Numbered from the stretch's first letter, positions 13,848-24,878 are shown. The stretch is 64,000 bases of DNA from an uncultured delta proteobacterium (GCA_963760795.1 CAVXEP010000013.1:96001-160000), one strand, 5' to 3'. The notes: generated by a model from the sequence alone, not told the origin. Program-made: numbers and translations.

Positions 13848-14506
13848 GAACTCTCCCTGCGGTCACCGTATAGGCGGCGCCGTTTGATATAGTTCTTCAC
13901 CGCCGCTGGTAACAAATATCGTATCGACTTTCCTTTGCGCACGAGCGCGCGAATTTCTGAAGCTGAAATGGCGATATCGGTGAGCTCGATAAGATGCACT
14001 CGGGTGCCGCTCTGATGGCGGTAATTACGTTTTTTTGAATCATAACAAAACAGTTTTTTCACGGCAACGCCGGCGCCCTTGAGCGCATCGTTCTCCTTGC
14101 TGCCTGGTCTCGAAGTGACGATGAAATTGCACAAGGGAAAGATATCTTTGAAATCCTTCCATGTACCGATCTCGATGAACGCGTCCAAGCCGATGATGAA
14201 GTAAAGCGAATCGCGCCTGGTCAGCTGGCCGGCAAATTGACGAATCGTGTCGACGGAATACGACGGTCCGGGGCGGTCTAGTTCCACCGTTGACACGGCG
14301 AAGCGCGGATTGCGCGCCACCGCCAGGCGGACCATGCGCAGGCGGTCCTGGGCCGGCGTCGTGGTCTTGCCGCGTTTGTGCGGCGGTATCGAGGCGGGGA
14401 TGAAGTAAACTCGGTCGAGACCATAGGTCTCGCTCACCTCTTCCGCGCTGCGCAGATGGCCCCAATGGATCGGATCGAAGGTGCCGCCGAACAGGCCGAC
14501 TTTCAT
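13844..14506 (-). CDS. nadD: Nicotinate-nucleotide adenylyltransferase
   Basis: GLFGGTFDPIHWGH, PPHK, ISASEIR. Confidence 0.95.
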   Translation of the reverse strand: MKVGLFGGTFDPIHWGHLRSAEEVSETYGLDRVYFIPASIPPHKRGKTTTPAQDRLRMVRLAVARNPRFAVSTVELDRPGPSYSVDTIRQFAGQLTRRDSLYFIIGLDAFIEIGTWKDFKDIFPLCNFIVTSRPGSKENDALKGAGVAVKKLFCYDSKKRNYRHQSGTRVHLIELTDIAISASEIRALVRKGKSIRYLLPAAVKNYIKRRRLYGDRRESS

Positions 14507-14571
14507 TGGCTGCACGGCCCGCCTTTCAAAGTATGACAAGGGTTTCTAATTGAAGGGGCTTGGCGACCATG

Positions 14572-14636
14572 GTTTTCGGGGTTTCGGGTTCCGGGTTTCG
14601 AGTTAACCCGAAACTCGAAACTTGAAACTCGAAACT
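14572..14636. repeat. Intergenic palindrome of 7-nt units (gtttcgg/gtttcga then ccgaaac/tcgaaac)
   Basis: gtttcgggttccgggtttcgagtt-aacccgaaactcgaaacttgaaactcgaaac between proA and nadD. Confidence 0.8.
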
Positions 14637-14671
14637 CTGTGGCGGCGGGTGGTTTTCCTGGAGGGGCGATT

Positions 14672-15930
14672 TCATTCGCGAATTTGCCCATCGCCAAAGA
14701 CGATAAACTTGGTCGTCGTCAGCTCTTCCAACCCCATGGGCCCGAAGGCGTGAATTTTGCTCGTGCTGATGCCGATCTCGGCGCCAAGGCCCAACTCGCC
14801 GCCATCGTTGAAGCGCGTCGACGCATTGACCATGACGGCGGAGGAGTTTACTCGATCGATGAACTCGCGGGATTTTTGATAGTTGTTGGTAATGATGCTC
14901 TCGGTATGCTGCGAGCCGTACCGTTCGATATGATCGATCGCCTCGTCCATATCTTTGACTACGCGCACCGAAACGATCAATTCTAAATACTCCGTGACCC
15001 AGTCTTCTTCGGTGGCTTTCTTGATGCCCGGCACCAGCGCGCGGGTCTGGTCGCAGCCGCGCACCTCGACTTCGGCCGCTCGATACTTCTCGATCATCGC
15101 CGGCAAGAATTGCGCCGCGACAGCTTGGTGAACCAACAGCGTCTCCATGGCGTTGCACACCGACGGTCGCTGCACCTTGGCGTTGAAACAGATCGCGCTC
15201 GGCCATCGCCAACGACGCATCGCTGTCGACGTAGACATGGCAGATGCCTTTGTAGTGCTTGATCACCGGGATCTTCGAATCGGCCACCACGGCGCGGATC
15301 AGATCCTCGCCGCCGCGCGGGATAATCAGATCGATATACTCTTCCAACTGCAGCAGCTCGTTGACCAGTGCGTGATCTTTAAGCTGGACGACTTGCACCG
15401 CGTCCGGCGGCACGCGCGTCTCAGCGCAGGCTTCGCGCAGCACCGCGCCGATGGCCTGATTGGAATGATGCGCTTCACTGCCGCCGCGCAGGATCACCGC
15501 GTTGCCGGACTTGAGACAGAGAGCCGCCGCGTCAGCGGTGACGTTGGGGCGGGCTTCGTAGATGATGCCGATGACGCCCAACGGTATGCGCATGCGCCCC
15601 ACTTGCAAGCCGTTGGGCCGGCGCCACATCTTGACCACCTCGCGCACCGGATCCGGCAGTGCCGCGACAGCGCGCAGCCCCTGGGCCATCTCCTGCACCC
15701 GGGTCGGGTTGAGCACGATGCGGTCGAGCATGGCGCCCGCCACACCCTTCGCCTTGGCGAATTCGAGATCTTTATGGTTCGCTGCGATCAAGAATGTCGC
15801 TCCGGGCTTCAAGCTTCTCAGCCATCAGCAACAAGGCGCGATTCTTCTCTGCCGAGGACAATGGCGCCAACTGGCGCGCGGCGATTTTGGCTTGTTTGCC
15901 GAGTCGGATAGCTTGTTCTTTAAGGGACAA
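14672..15930 (-). CDS. proA: Glutamate-5-semialdehyde dehydrogenase, two frameshifts
   Basis: [58 protein letters not shown]; N-terminal [15 protein letters not shown] in a third frame. Confidence 0.92.
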
Positions 15931-15958
15931 CTGTCGTCACCGGACACTTGCCAGATTC

Positions 15959-17092
15959 TTACAGTATCACAAGATCGTCGCGGTGGATGACCTCGTCTTG
16001 GGCTTTATAACCCAAAACTTTTTCAATCTTGCTTGTATGCAATCCTTTGATCCGATTCAACTCCACTTCGCCGTAGTTGACCAGACCGCGGGCGAATTCC
16101 TTGCCTTGGAAATCAACGCGGACGCAATCGCCGACACCGAAGGATCCTTCGACCTTTTCGACGCCGGCGGGCAGCAGGCTCTTGCCCTTGCCGGCCACCG
16201 CCTGATAGGCGCCTTCGTTGACAACGATGGTTCCCGCCGGCTTGAGATTGAATCCGATCCAGTGCTTCTTGCGGCGCAAATGCTTCTCGTCGGGCAGAAT
16301 CAATGTGCCGAGTTGTTGTTTAGCGTCGAACACTTTCTCGAGCACGCCGTTTTGCATGCCGCTGGCGATGATCGTCGGAATGCCCGCCGCGGCAGCCTCT
16401 TCGGCGGCGGCAAGTTTGCTGGCAATGCCGCCGGTGCCGGCCGCGCTCACGCTCGCGCCGCCGATCGCCTGGCGCAAGCCGCGCGCCTCGCCAATGAGGG
16501 GAATCAGTTGGGCATCGTCATGGACCCGCGGATCCTTGTCGTAGACACCCTCGACATCGCTCAAGATCACCAGCAAGTCCGCTTCGAGAAGCGTTGCTAC
16601 CAAGGCCGACAGATGATCGTTGTCGCCGAACTTCATCTCCTCGACGGCCACGGTGTCATTCTCGTTGACGATCGGAATGATCGACGACCCGAGCAGCATC
16701 TGAAAAGTATGTTTAGCGTTAATATAACGTTGGCGATTGGCGAGATCGTCGGCGGTCAGCAAAACCTGGGCGACATTTTTGCCGAACTTGGCAAACGTCC
16801 GCTCATAGAGCGCCATCAATTTGATTTGTCCCACCGCGGCGAGCGCCTGTTTCTCGGGAATCGTTTTCGGCCGCTCTTTCCAGCCCAGCTGTGTCATCCC
16901 CGCCGCCACCGCGCCCGAACTGACGACCACGACTTGGCGCTTGCCGCCCTGCAGTTCGGCCAACTGGCGCACCAGGCCGCGCAGGCGTCCCTCCTCGATG
17001 CCGTCTTTGGAAGACAGGATCTGACTGCCGATCTTCACCACGACGCGGCGCGCCCGCGTCAGGATCGGCTTCTTATGCTCCAGCTGCGTCAC
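15959..17092 (-). CDS. proB: Glutamate 5-kinase with PUA domain
   Basis: VVKIGS, VSSGAVAAG, NENDTV, FGDNDHLS, IHRDDLV. Confidence 0.95.
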   Translation of the reverse strand: MTQLEHKKPILTRARRVVVKIGSQILSSKDGIEEGRLRGLVRQLAELQGGKRQVVVVSSGAVAAGMTQLGWKERPKTIPEKQALAAVGQIKLMALYERTFAKFGKNVAQVLLTADDLANRQRYINAKHTFQMLLGSSIIPIVNENDTVAVEEMKFGDNDHLSALVATLLEADLLVILSDVEGVYDKDPRVHDDAQLIPLIGEARGLRQAIGGASVSAAGTGGIASKLAAAEEAAAAGIPTIIASGMQNGVLEKVFDAKQQLGTLILPDEKHLRRKKHWIGFNLKPAGTIVVNEGAYQAVAGKGKSLLPAGVEKVEGSFGVGDCVRVDFQGKEFARGLVNYGEVELNRIKGLHTSKIEKVLGYKAQDEVIHRDDLVIL

Positions 17093-18116
17093 TGTCGGTC
17101 TCGTCCTGTTGCTGCCTCACTTCGTCGAGTTTGCGGCCGATGGCATAGACCAGTTGCTGTACGCCCTCTGTCGTTGCCGCCGAGATCACAAGCAACGGGC
17201 GATAGGCTTTGGGCAATTTCTTGCCGAGTAACTTGGCCAACTCCCGTCCCTCGGGCAAATCGATTTTGTTGGCGACGACGATTTGCGGCTTGTCGATCAA
17301 TTCCGGATCGAAAAGCTCCATCTCGCGGTTGATCGCCTGCCACTCGGCCAACGGCTCTTTCTCGTCGAGCTGCGAAGCGTCGAGCACATGAACCAGCACC
17401 CGCGTGCGCAGGATATGACGCAGAAACTTATCGCCCAGGCCATGGCCCTGGTGCGCGCCTTCGATGAGGCCGGGAATATCCGCCGCGACAAAACTCTTGC
17501 CTGCGCCGTAACTGACTACACCCAGATTGGGTACCAGTGTAGTAAACGGATAGTCGGCAATCTTTGGCCGCACCGCCGAGATCACCGAGATCAGCGTCGA
17601 CTTGCCGGCATTGGGCAGGCCGATAATGCCGACATCGGCGAGCAAGCGAAGCTCGACCTCCAGCTCGCGCTCGACACCCGGTTCGCCCGGTTGACAGAAA
17701 CGCGGGCTGCGGTTGGTCGATGACGCGAAATGCGCGTTACCCTTGCCGCCGCGCCCGCCGGCGGCGATCACCGCCCGCTCACCCGGAGTTTTCAAGTCCG
17801 CCAGCAGCTCGCCGCTGACGACATCGCGGATCAATGTCCCCACCGGAACTTTGATAATGCAATCGTCGCCGCGCCGGCCGTCGCAGTCGGCGTCGCCGCC
17901 GCGCTTGCCGGGATTCGCTTTCCATTCTTTCCGATAGCGCAGGTCGAGCAGCGTCGACAGCTGCGGGTCCGCAATGGCGACCACGTCGCCGCCATGACCG
18001 CCGTTGCCGCCATCTGCCGGGCCCCGGCGGACAAACTTAGCCCGGTAAAAACTCACCGACCCCGGCCCGCCGTCACCGGCGATTGCGCGGATCTTGGTCT
18101 CATCGATAAATTTCAT
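17073..18116 (-). CDS. obgE: GTPase ObgE/CgtA
   Basis: Gly-rich N-terminus, GLPNAGKST, YPFTTL, DIPG, NKID. Confidence 0.95.
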   Translation of the reverse strand: MKFIDETKIRAIAGDGGPGSVSFYRAKFVRRGPADGGNGGHGGDVVAIADPQLSTLLDLRYRKEWKANPGKRGGDADCDGRRGDDCIIKVPVGTLIRDVVSGELLADLKTPGERAVIAAGGRGGKGNAHFASSTNRSPRFCQPGEPGVERELEVELRLLADVGIIGLPNAGKSTLISVISAVRPKIADYPFTTLVPNLGVVSYGAGKSFVAADIPGLIEGAHQGHGLGDKFLRHILRTRVLVHVLDASQLDEKEPLAEWQAINREMELFDPELIDKPQIVVANKIDLPEGRELAKLLGKKLPKAYRPLLVISAATTEGVQQLVYAIGRKLDEVRQQQDETDSDAAGA

Positions 18117-18129
18117 AACAAGCGGTCTT

Positions 18130-18227
18130 CAGTAGCCAGTGATCAATAGTCAGTATGATCAGAGCATGACCGAAAAAACCTCGATTCGCCAGCTAAGTCC
18201 GGACAACTAAGAACCGATAACTGGCAG
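18130..18227. repeat. Degenerate intergenic palindrome of 7-nt units (cagtNNN ... actgNNN)
   Basis: cagtagc cagtgat caatagt cagt ... actaaga accgata actggca. Confidence 0.5.
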
Positions 18228-18254
18228 CTTCTCCCATCTTCGCCATATTCCAGA

Positions 18255-18286
18255 CAAAAAAAAAGCCCCGAAAGGGGGCTTCTTTC
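18255..18286 (-). terminator. Rho-independent terminator after rpmA
   Basis: aagcccc stem / ggggctt with an A9 run on + strand (U-tract on minus strand). Confidence 0.8.
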
Positions 18287-18306
18287 ATAGCAGTCCAATG
18301 AGAAAA

Positions 18307-18564
18307 TTACTGAGCCGGGACAACTTCGACTTTCTTGCGGGTCTTATCGTAGCGGCCATATTTGACCACGCCGTCGACGAGCGAGAAGAGAGTATAGTCG
18401 CGCCCCATGCCGACGTTGGTGCCGGGATGAATCTTGGTGCCCAACTGGCGCACTAGAATATTGCCCGCGCGCACCGTCTGGCCGCCGTACACTTTGACGC
18501 CCCGTCGCTGCCCGTTGCTATCGCGCCCGTTGCGCGAACTGCCGCCTGCTTTTTTATGTGCCAT
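18307..18564 (-). CDS. rpmA: 50S ribosomal protein L27
   Basis: [16 protein letters not shown]. Confidence 0.98.
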   Translation of the reverse strand: MAHKKAGGSSRNGRDSNGQRRGVKVYGGQTVRAGNILVRQLGTKIHPGTNVGMGRDYTLFSLVDGVVKYGRYDKTRKKVEVVPAQ

Positions 18565-18577
18565 ACCTGCTCCCGGG

Positions 18578-18892
18578 CTACGCTTCGATGGAGGTGATTT
18601 TTAGCGCCGTCTGATACTGCCGATGGCCCTGCTGCCGGCTGTAGCCTTTGCGCCGTTTCTTTTTGAAAACGATGATTTTCTTGGCGCGCCCCTGTTCGAC
18701 GATTTCGCCGGTGACTGTGGCGTTGGCCACCAATGGAGTGCCGATTTTAACGTCATCGTCATTGCCGACAAACAAGACATCCGCCAGGGTGATTTTCTCG
18801 CCCACTTCTGCGTCGAGCTTCTCGATCTTGACGACGTCGCCTTCAGAGACGCGGTATTGCTTACCGCCGGTTCTAATTACTGCATATTTCAT
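18578..18892 (-). CDS. rplU: 50S ribosomal protein L21
   Basis: [17 protein letters not shown]. Confidence 0.98.
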   Translation of the reverse strand: MKYAVIRTGGKQYRVSEGDVVKIEKLDAEVGEKITLADVLFVGNDDDVKIGTPLVANATVTGEIVEQGRAKKIIVFKKKRRKGYSRQQGHRQYQTALKITSIEA

Positions 18893-19094
18893 AGGAATTT
18901 ACCGAAAGTTAGTTTTTAAAGGAAAACCGACCCAAAGTCAACGTTTTGGCTGTGATCGCGGCGCTGAAGGCCTCGTCAGATCGTCGCAGCCGACACCCTT
19001 TCTCAGCCGCTGCCGAGTGTGACGAATCCCTCTAATTATCACTTTGGCAGCATCCGCTCCACTTCAGCAAATCCCTGACCACCCTCCGGAGCGG

Positions 19095-19151
19095 TTGACA
19101 CATTCCGCTGCAATTCATTTATATCTGATTACGATATTATCGTAATACGAT
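19095..19151 (+). promoter_or_regulatory. Promoter (-35 TTGACA) with tandem palindromic operator upstream of MarR gene
   Basis: TTGACA 19095-19100; perfect dyads attacgata-t-tatcgtaat (19128-19146) and atcgta-a-tacgat (19139-19151). Confidence 0.7.
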
Positions 19152-19194
19152 CTAATTATGACGAACGATTAAAAGCCTTCCCGACTTCACAGCG

Positions 19195-19689
19195 ATGGCC
19201 GAGCTGCGCTATCAGATTCGTCGTTTCTTGCGCTTTAGTGAGACCGCCGCGCGCCAAGCGGGAATTGAGCCGCAACAGCACCAACTTCTCCTCGCCGTCA
19301 AGGGATTACCCAAGAACTTGAAACCCACCATTGGCGTGCTCGCCGAACGGATGCAGTTGCAGCACCACAGCACCGTCGAGCTTGTCGACCGGCTGGCCGA
19401 CCGAGGATTTCTTTTGCGCTTGCGCGCCAGCGACGATCGACGCCAGGTCCTGGTCAAACTGACTCGCGACGGCGAGGAGTTTCTCAAAACACTTTCACTC
19501 CATCATTTGCAAGAATTGCAGTCCTCCGGTCCGAAATTCGTGAAGATATTGCAGGGTTTGATCGAAAGTATCGAAGCGCCGCCTAACACCGCAGTTAATA
19601 TGACGACGACGGAATCAAAAACGCCGAATAAACAGCGAAAGGAAAAAACCATGGCTAATCAAACGAATCCACCGAAGAACTACTTTTAG
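19195..19689 (+). CDS. MarR-family transcriptional regulator
   Basis: QHQLLLAVKG, HHSTVELVDRL, DRRQVLVKLT; start and end may be shifted by indels. Confidence 0.88.
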   Translation: MAELRYQIRRFLRFSETAARQAGIEPQQHQLLLAVKGLPKNLKPTIGVLAERMQLQHHSTVELVDRLADRGFLLRLRASDDRRQVLVKLTRDGEEFLKTLSLHHLQELQSSGPKFVKILQGLIESIEAPPNTAVNMTTTESKTPNKQRKEKTMANQTNPPKNYF

Positions 19690-19691
19690 AC

Positions 19692-20501
19692 GTGCGCGTC
19701 GCTGAGGCCTCGCGCTTGTTCAAATTCTACCTGAACCAGGAGAAGAAAATTCTCGGCACTGCCTCGGTTACCATCTTCTTGGTTATATGGGAGCTGGTTG
19801 GAAATACCTTTCAGTTGATCAATCCGATGTTCATGAGCGCGCCGTCTTTGGTTTGGAAGGCGGCCTTTCAGATGTTTTCTTCCGGCGAAATCTATAACGA
19901 CCTTTATGTTAGCGGTATCGAACTTGCCGGGGGCTATTTGTTATCGGTCGTTGTTGCCGTTCCCTTTGGCATCGCCATCGGCTGGTACAAGAAAGTAGCT
20001 TACATATTCGATCCCTTTGTCAACGCGATGAACGCGACCCCGCGCGTGGCGCTTTTGCCGCTGGTCATCATCTGGTTAGGGATCGGCATACTCTCCAAGG
20101 TCGGTATTATCTTTCTCGGCGCGGTTTTCCCCATATTGATCAATGCGCGCGATGGGGTGAAGACCACACCGGCGAATCTTCTTACCGCCGCCAGGAGTTT
20201 CGGCGCTTCCGAGTGGATGCTCTTCAAGACCGTGGTGCTTCCGTCTACGGTTCCTTTTATCCTGACTGGATTGAGGCTCGGACTTGGCAGAGCGATTGTC
20301 GGTGTTATGGTCGGCGAGCTTTACGCCGCCACCGCCGGCATCGGTTTTATGATCACGGTTGCCGGCGCCACATTCCAGACCGATAAAGTCTTTGTCGGCG
20401 TGCTCATATTCGCGCTTACAGGAATGATCGGTACCGAGTTAATCACCCGGGTGGAAAAGCGCTTTAATCGCTGGCGCCCCGCAGTCGGGTCGACGGAATA
20501 G
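19692..20501 (+). CDS. NitT/TauT-family ABC permease
   Basis: NATPRVALLP, AARSFGA EAA loop; probable true start at ATG 19651 (SD upstream) with an indel. Confidence 0.88.
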   Translation: MRVAEASRLFKFYLNQEKKILGTASVTIFLVIWELVGNTFQLINPMFMSAPSLVWKAAFQMFSSGEIYNDLYVSGIELAGGYLLSVVVAVPFGIAIGWYKKVAYIFDPFVNAMNATPRVALLPLVIIWLGIGILSKVGIIFLGAVFPILINARDGVKTTPANLLTAARSFGASEWMLFKTVVLPSTVPFILTGLRLGLGRAIVGVMVGELYAATAGIGFMITVAGATFQTDKVFVGVLIFALTGMIGTELITRVEKRFNRWRPAVGSTE

Positions 20502-20535
20502 TCCACGATTCAGCCGAGGTTTAGGTTGGGTTAAC

Positions 20536-20572
20536 GAAAGGGGGGCCACTGAACAAGTGCGCCCCCTTTTTG
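20536..20572 (+). terminator. Rho-independent terminator
   Basis: aaagggggg...ccccctttttt GC stem followed by a T-run. Confidence 0.7.
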
Positions 20573-20682
20573 TATGATTAGATTCGACGCTCCCGTCACT
20601 CTCCGGGTCGATCATTCCAACCCGCCCCTTGCCCTTTGCCACTGTCAGTCTTACATTGACACGCATCGAAGGGAGCGTACCC

Positions 20683-21282
20683 ATGATCAGACGCAAACTA
20701 CATTCACTCCACGGCTTCACCATTGGTTTCGCGGCACTTTTGCTGGTCTCGGGCTGCGGCTATAACGATCTCCAGGGGCTTGACGAGGAAGTCAAAGGCT
20801 CCTGGGCCGAAGTACAGAATCAATACCAGCGCCGTGCCGACTTGGTACCGAATCTAGTCGCGACCGTACAAGGCGCGGCAAAATTCGAGCAAGAGACATT
20901 GCAAAAAGTCATCGAAGCTCGCAGCGCCGCGACCTCGATCAAGCTCGACGCCAATGCGCTCAGCGACCCGGCAATGTTTAAGAAGTTCGAAGAAGCCCAG
21001 CGCAACCTCTCGAGTTCCCTATCACGGTTACTGGTCGTCGCCGAGCAGTATCCCGATTTGAAGGCCAATCAAAACTTCCGCGACTTGCAAGCCCAGCTCG
21101 AAGGCACGGAAAACCGCGTCGCCGTCGCCCGCGGCCGCTACGGCAAGGCGGTTGTCGAATATAATAAGAAGGTTCGCTTCTTCCCGACCAATCTAACCGC
21201 GCAGTATCTGCTCGGCATGAAAGTGCGCGAAAACTTCAGCGCCGACCCAGCCGCGGAAAAGCCGCCACAGGTGAAATTTTAG
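20683..21282 (+). CDS. lemA: LemA family protein (lipoprotein-type N-terminus)
   Basis: SGCGYN, QYQRRADLVPNLV, EQYPDLKANQNF, LEGTENR. Confidence 0.93.
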   Translation: MIRRKLHSLHGFTIGFAALLLVSGCGYNDLQGLDEEVKGSWAEVQNQYQRRADLVPNLVATVQGAAKFEQETLQKVIEARSAATSIKLDANALSDPAMFKKFEEAQRNLSSSLSRLLVVAEQYPDLKANQNFRDLQAQLEGTENRVAVARGRYGKAVVEYNKKVRFFPTNLTAQYLLGMKVRENFSADPAAEKPPQVKF

Positions 21283-21366
21283 CCGGCGCGTTCCGCGAGC
21301 GCTAATAGGTTCCCTACCCTGAACGCCAACCTGAGTTCGAATCCCAAAAGGCGATGGGGCGCTACG

Positions 21367-22133
21367 ATGCACCTGTATCGCCCAGCATTGTTAGTCATCT
21401 TCCTTCTGCTGCTTTGTTCGGTTGCCGTCGCACTCGACGTGCCGACGCTGCGCGGCCGCGTCAACGACTACGCCAACGTGCTGCAGTCGAGTCAAGCCCA
21501 GGCGCTCGAGGCCCAGCTCGCCCAACTCGAACGCGATACCGGACACCAGGTCGCCGTCCTAACGATCCCGACACTCGACGGCGAAGATATCGAGGGCTTT
21601 AGCATCCGTGTCGCGGAGAACTGGAAGATCGGCAAAAAGGGCTATGATAACGGTGCGATCTTGGTGGTCGCGGTCAAAGACCGCCGGCTCCGCCTCGAAG
21701 TCGGCTACGGCCTCGAAGGCGTCTTACCCGACGCCATTGCGAAACGAGTCACCGCAGACTATATCGTGCCGCACTTCCGCCAACAGGATTACGCCGGCGG
21801 CATCGTCGCCGGCATCAACGCAGTCGATAAGGTTCTTCGTAGAGAGCCGCTACCCGAGGCGGCGCGCCAGAAAACTCAAAGCCGCGGCTCGAACAGAAAT
21901 TCTCCGATCATGATCGCAATCACCTTCGCCATCCTCGGCTTAATGGGCTTCGCCTCCAGGAGCGGTCGCCGGCGCAACAGCATGTGGGGCACCCGTGGCC
22001 GACGTCGGCGGGCCCATGATCTTTGGCGGTCCCAGCGGTTGGGGCGGCGGTGGGTTTGGCGGCGGTGGCGGTCGGCGGTTTCAGCGGCGGCGGTGGCGGG
22101 TTCGGCGGCGGCGGTTCTTCCGATAGTTGGTAG
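21367..22133 (+). CDS. TPM (YgcG-like) domain protein with Gly-rich tail, frameshifted in the tail
   Basis: GRVNDYA, WKIGKKGYDNG, EVGYGLEG; GGGFGGG...GGSSDSW tail in alternative frames. Confidence 0.85.
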
Positions 22134-22137
22134 AATA

Positions 22138-22764
22138 ATGAAAGCTGAAAAATTCTTCACCGAACAGGATAAAGAACGCATTCGCCAGGCGGTGTCGCCG
22201 CCGAGTCGAAGACCGCCGGTGAGATCGTACCGATGATCGTCACGTCGGCGGCGCGCTATACAGAGATCGAATTGCTCGGCGTAGTCGCCGGGCTGCTTCG
22301 CCGGCATGTTAGTCGAATGGTTTTGGAGCGATCCGTGGGGATCGCCCTACTTTCAACTTTGGCCGGTCATCGGCGCCTTCGGCGGGTTTCTCATCTCCCG
22401 TCTCCCGGCGGTGAAACGAATTCTCGCGTCCAAAGAACGTATCGGCGAGGCGGTTCATACTCTCGCGCTCGCGTCGTTTACCGATCAGGGCCTGCACCAC
22501 ACGCGCGATCACACGGGAATCTTGATCCTCATCTCGCTTTTGGAGCACCGCGTTGAAGTGCTTGCCGACCGCGGCATCAATGAGAAAGTCAGCCCCGGCA
22601 CTTGGGATGAAATCGTCCACAGCATCACCGCCGGTATCAAATCCGGCCACGCCTGCGATGCCTACTGCAAAGCGATTGAGCGCTGCGGCGACATCCTCGC
22701 GACTCATTTTCCGCGCCAAGCCGACGACAAAGACGAGCTACCCAATCGCCTCGTCACCAAGTAG
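22138..22764 (+). CDS. TPM domain membrane protein, frameshifted
   Basis: MKAEKFFTEQDKERIRQAV...TRDHTGILILISLLEHRVEVLADRGI...DELPN; second TPM type of LemA operons. Confidence 0.85.
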
Positions 22765-22822
22765 CGCTGCCACTAGGTTTCCGCTATTCTCCGGTCACTC
22801 CATCGTGAAAGGACCATCCTCT

Positions 22823-23803
22823 ATGCGGATAAAACTATTGATCGCGCTCGCCGTCGTTTTGGTGGCAACCCATTGGCGGCCCGCGCTGGCCCAAGACAAA
22901 CTCAACTTCGCCTACATCTCGCCCAACGCCGGCTCGTCGTCGGTGCTTTGGATCGCCAAAGATGCCGGCATTTTCAAAAAGCATAACCTCGACGTCAACG
23001 TCATTTACATCGAAGGCACGCCGAAAGCGCTCATGTCTCTGTTTGCCGGCGAGCTTCATGTCGTCGCCGGCACCGGACCTGCCGTCGCCAGCGCTAAAGT
23101 GCGCGGCGCCGATGTCAGCATGGTGATGGGCTTCGAAGTTTTCTTGCCATACTATTTGGTCGCACAGCCGAACATCAAAACCATCGAGGATCTGAAAGGA
23201 AAAATCGGCGCCAACCATACGGTCGCCACTTCCGCCGATTTCGCCATTCGCCTCGGCCTCAAAAGCATCGGCCTCGACCCCGACAAGGATGTAAACCTGC
23301 GCGTCGTCGGCGCGACGAATTTACGCCTGATCATGATGCAGCAAAAACAAGCCGACTTCACGATCATCAGCACGACGGAACGGGAAGAAGCGGAGAAAAT
23401 GGGATCGAAGGTCGTCGCCGATCTGGCCAGCAAGAAGATCCCTTACCCGCATGCCGGCTTGATCAGCAGCCAAAAGATGCTCAAGGAAAAACGCGACACC
23501 ATGCTGCGCTTCGGCCGCGCCACGGTGGAAGCGATCCACTATTTCAAGAACAACAAGCCGCAGACCATCGCGATCTTAAAAAAATACGCCAAGACCGATC
23601 TTTCCACTCTCGACACCGCCTATACGTATATCAAAGGCGCCATTCCCGACCTGCCCTATCCGACCTTGGAAGGCATGAAAACGATATTGAATGAAATGGG
23701 CCGCACCCGTCCTGAAGTCTTGAAATACGACGCCGCTTCGATGGTCGACCCAAGCCTGATCAAAGCCATCGATGACGAAGGGTTTTTGAAGAAGCTGAAA
23801 TAA
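22823..23803 (+). CDS. NMT1/SsuA-like ABC substrate-binding protein
   Basis: Signal peptide, WIAKDAGIFKKHNLDV, DLKGK, GLDPDKDV. Confidence 0.85.
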   Translation: MRIKLLIALAVVLVATHWRPALAQDKLNFAYISPNAGSSSVLWIAKDAGIFKKHNLDVNVIYIEGTPKALMSLFAGELHVVAGTGPAVASAKVRGADVSMVMGFEVFLPYYLVAQPNIKTIEDLKGKIGANHTVATSADFAIRLGLKSIGLDPDKDVNLRVVGATNLRLIMMQQKQADFTIISTTEREEAEKMGSKVVADLASKKIPYPHAGLISSQKMLKEKRDTMLRFGRATVEAIHYFKNNKPQTIAILKKYAKTDLSTLDTAYTYIKGAIPDLPYPTLEGMKTILNEMGRTRPEVLKYDAASMVDPSLIKAIDDEGFLKKLK

Positions 23804-23851
23804 CGCGACCTGGCTACTCGCGGCAGTTATGCAATATACTGCGATCAAATT

Positions 23852-24829
23852 ATGACACCGCCGCGAACACGTCTGCTTCGACTGTTCGGTTTTTTGCTCG
23901 TTGCTGTCCTCTTAATTCCCTGCTCGTCTGCAGCCTTGGAGGTTCCTCCCTTGGCTGGCCGCGTTAATGACCTGGCGGGCCTTCTACCTGTCGGAGCAAA
24001 GCTGAAGCTCGAAGAAGATTTACACCGGTTCGAGCAAGAAACCACGCACCAGATTGTCGTCCTCACCGTTCCCGGCCTTGAAGGCGATGGGATCGAGGAC
24101 TTCAGCATCCGAGTTGCCGACGCGTGGAAAATCGGCCAGCAGGGAATAGCCAATGGTGTCATTCTCGTCGTGGCTCAAAAGGAACGTAAGATTCGTATCG
24201 AAGTCGGGCGCGGCTTCGAGGGTATTTTACCGGACGCCGTCGCCAGTCGGATCATTCGCGAAGCCATCCTGCCGCGTTACCGCGCCGGAGACTATGCCGG
24301 GAGCATCGCGGCCGGTGTCGACTCGATCTTGGACATCACGCGCAGGGAAACTGCAACGAAGTCGCGACAAATCCAATCGAGGAAGCCAAGAAGCGGTTTC
24401 ATCTTGGTGTTGTTTTGTGGCATCACGCTGTTCGCAGTGCTCGTGGGGATAGGACAACCGAATCCGCTTCGTGCCGGTCTCGCCGGAATTACCATTGCTG
24501 GGCTTTTTGGGACGCTCGGCGCACTCGCATCAGGTTGGGGAGCATGGATCATTATAGCCTTGGCTGGCGCGCTTGCCGTCGCCACAGCAAATCTCTTCGC
24601 AGGAAAGGCATGGGGGCGTCCCATGCGTAACGCACCCGTGCGGCGAAACTCTTGGCCAAGAGACACAATCCATTACACCGGCACAGGCGATGGTGGCGGG
24701 TGGGGCAATAGTGACTTCGGCGGCGGCGGGTTCGGCGGCGACTTCGGTGGTGGTTTCAGCGGTGGTGGCGGGGATTTCGGCGGTGGTGGCGCATCAGGTG
24801 GAGACGGTGGTGGATCGGGAGGCGACTAA
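23852..24829 (+). CDS. Second YgcG-like TPM protein with TM segments and Gly-rich tail
   Basis: GRVNDLA, EVGRGFEG, GGDFGGGGASG. Confidence 0.85.
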   Translation: MTPPRTRLLRLFGFLLVAVLLIPCSSAALEVPPLAGRVNDLAGLLPVGAKLKLEEDLHRFEQETTHQIVVLTVPGLEGDGIEDFSIRVADAWKIGQQGIANGVILVVAQKERKIRIEVGRGFEGILPDAVASRIIREAILPRYRAGDYAGSIAAGVDSILDITRRETATKSRQIQSRKPRSGFILVLFCGITLFAVLVGIGQPNPLRAGLAGITIAGLFGTLGALASGWGAWIIIALAGALAVATANLFAGKAWGRPMRNAPVRRNSWPRDTIHYTGTGDGGGWGNSDFGGGGFGGDFGGGFSGGGGDFGGGGASGGDGGGSGGD

Positions 24830-24878
24830 ATGGCCCCATATCAGTTAAGCAACGAACGCGAGGCAAGAGGCAAATACC

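Noticed and set aside
15794-17332. 512-aa minus-strand ORF
   Set aside because: Alternative frame over proB and obgE with no recognisable domain
24690-24826. GGC/GGT-rich tandem repeat (also 22030-22115)
   Set aside because: Encodes the normal Gly-rich tail of TPM proteins
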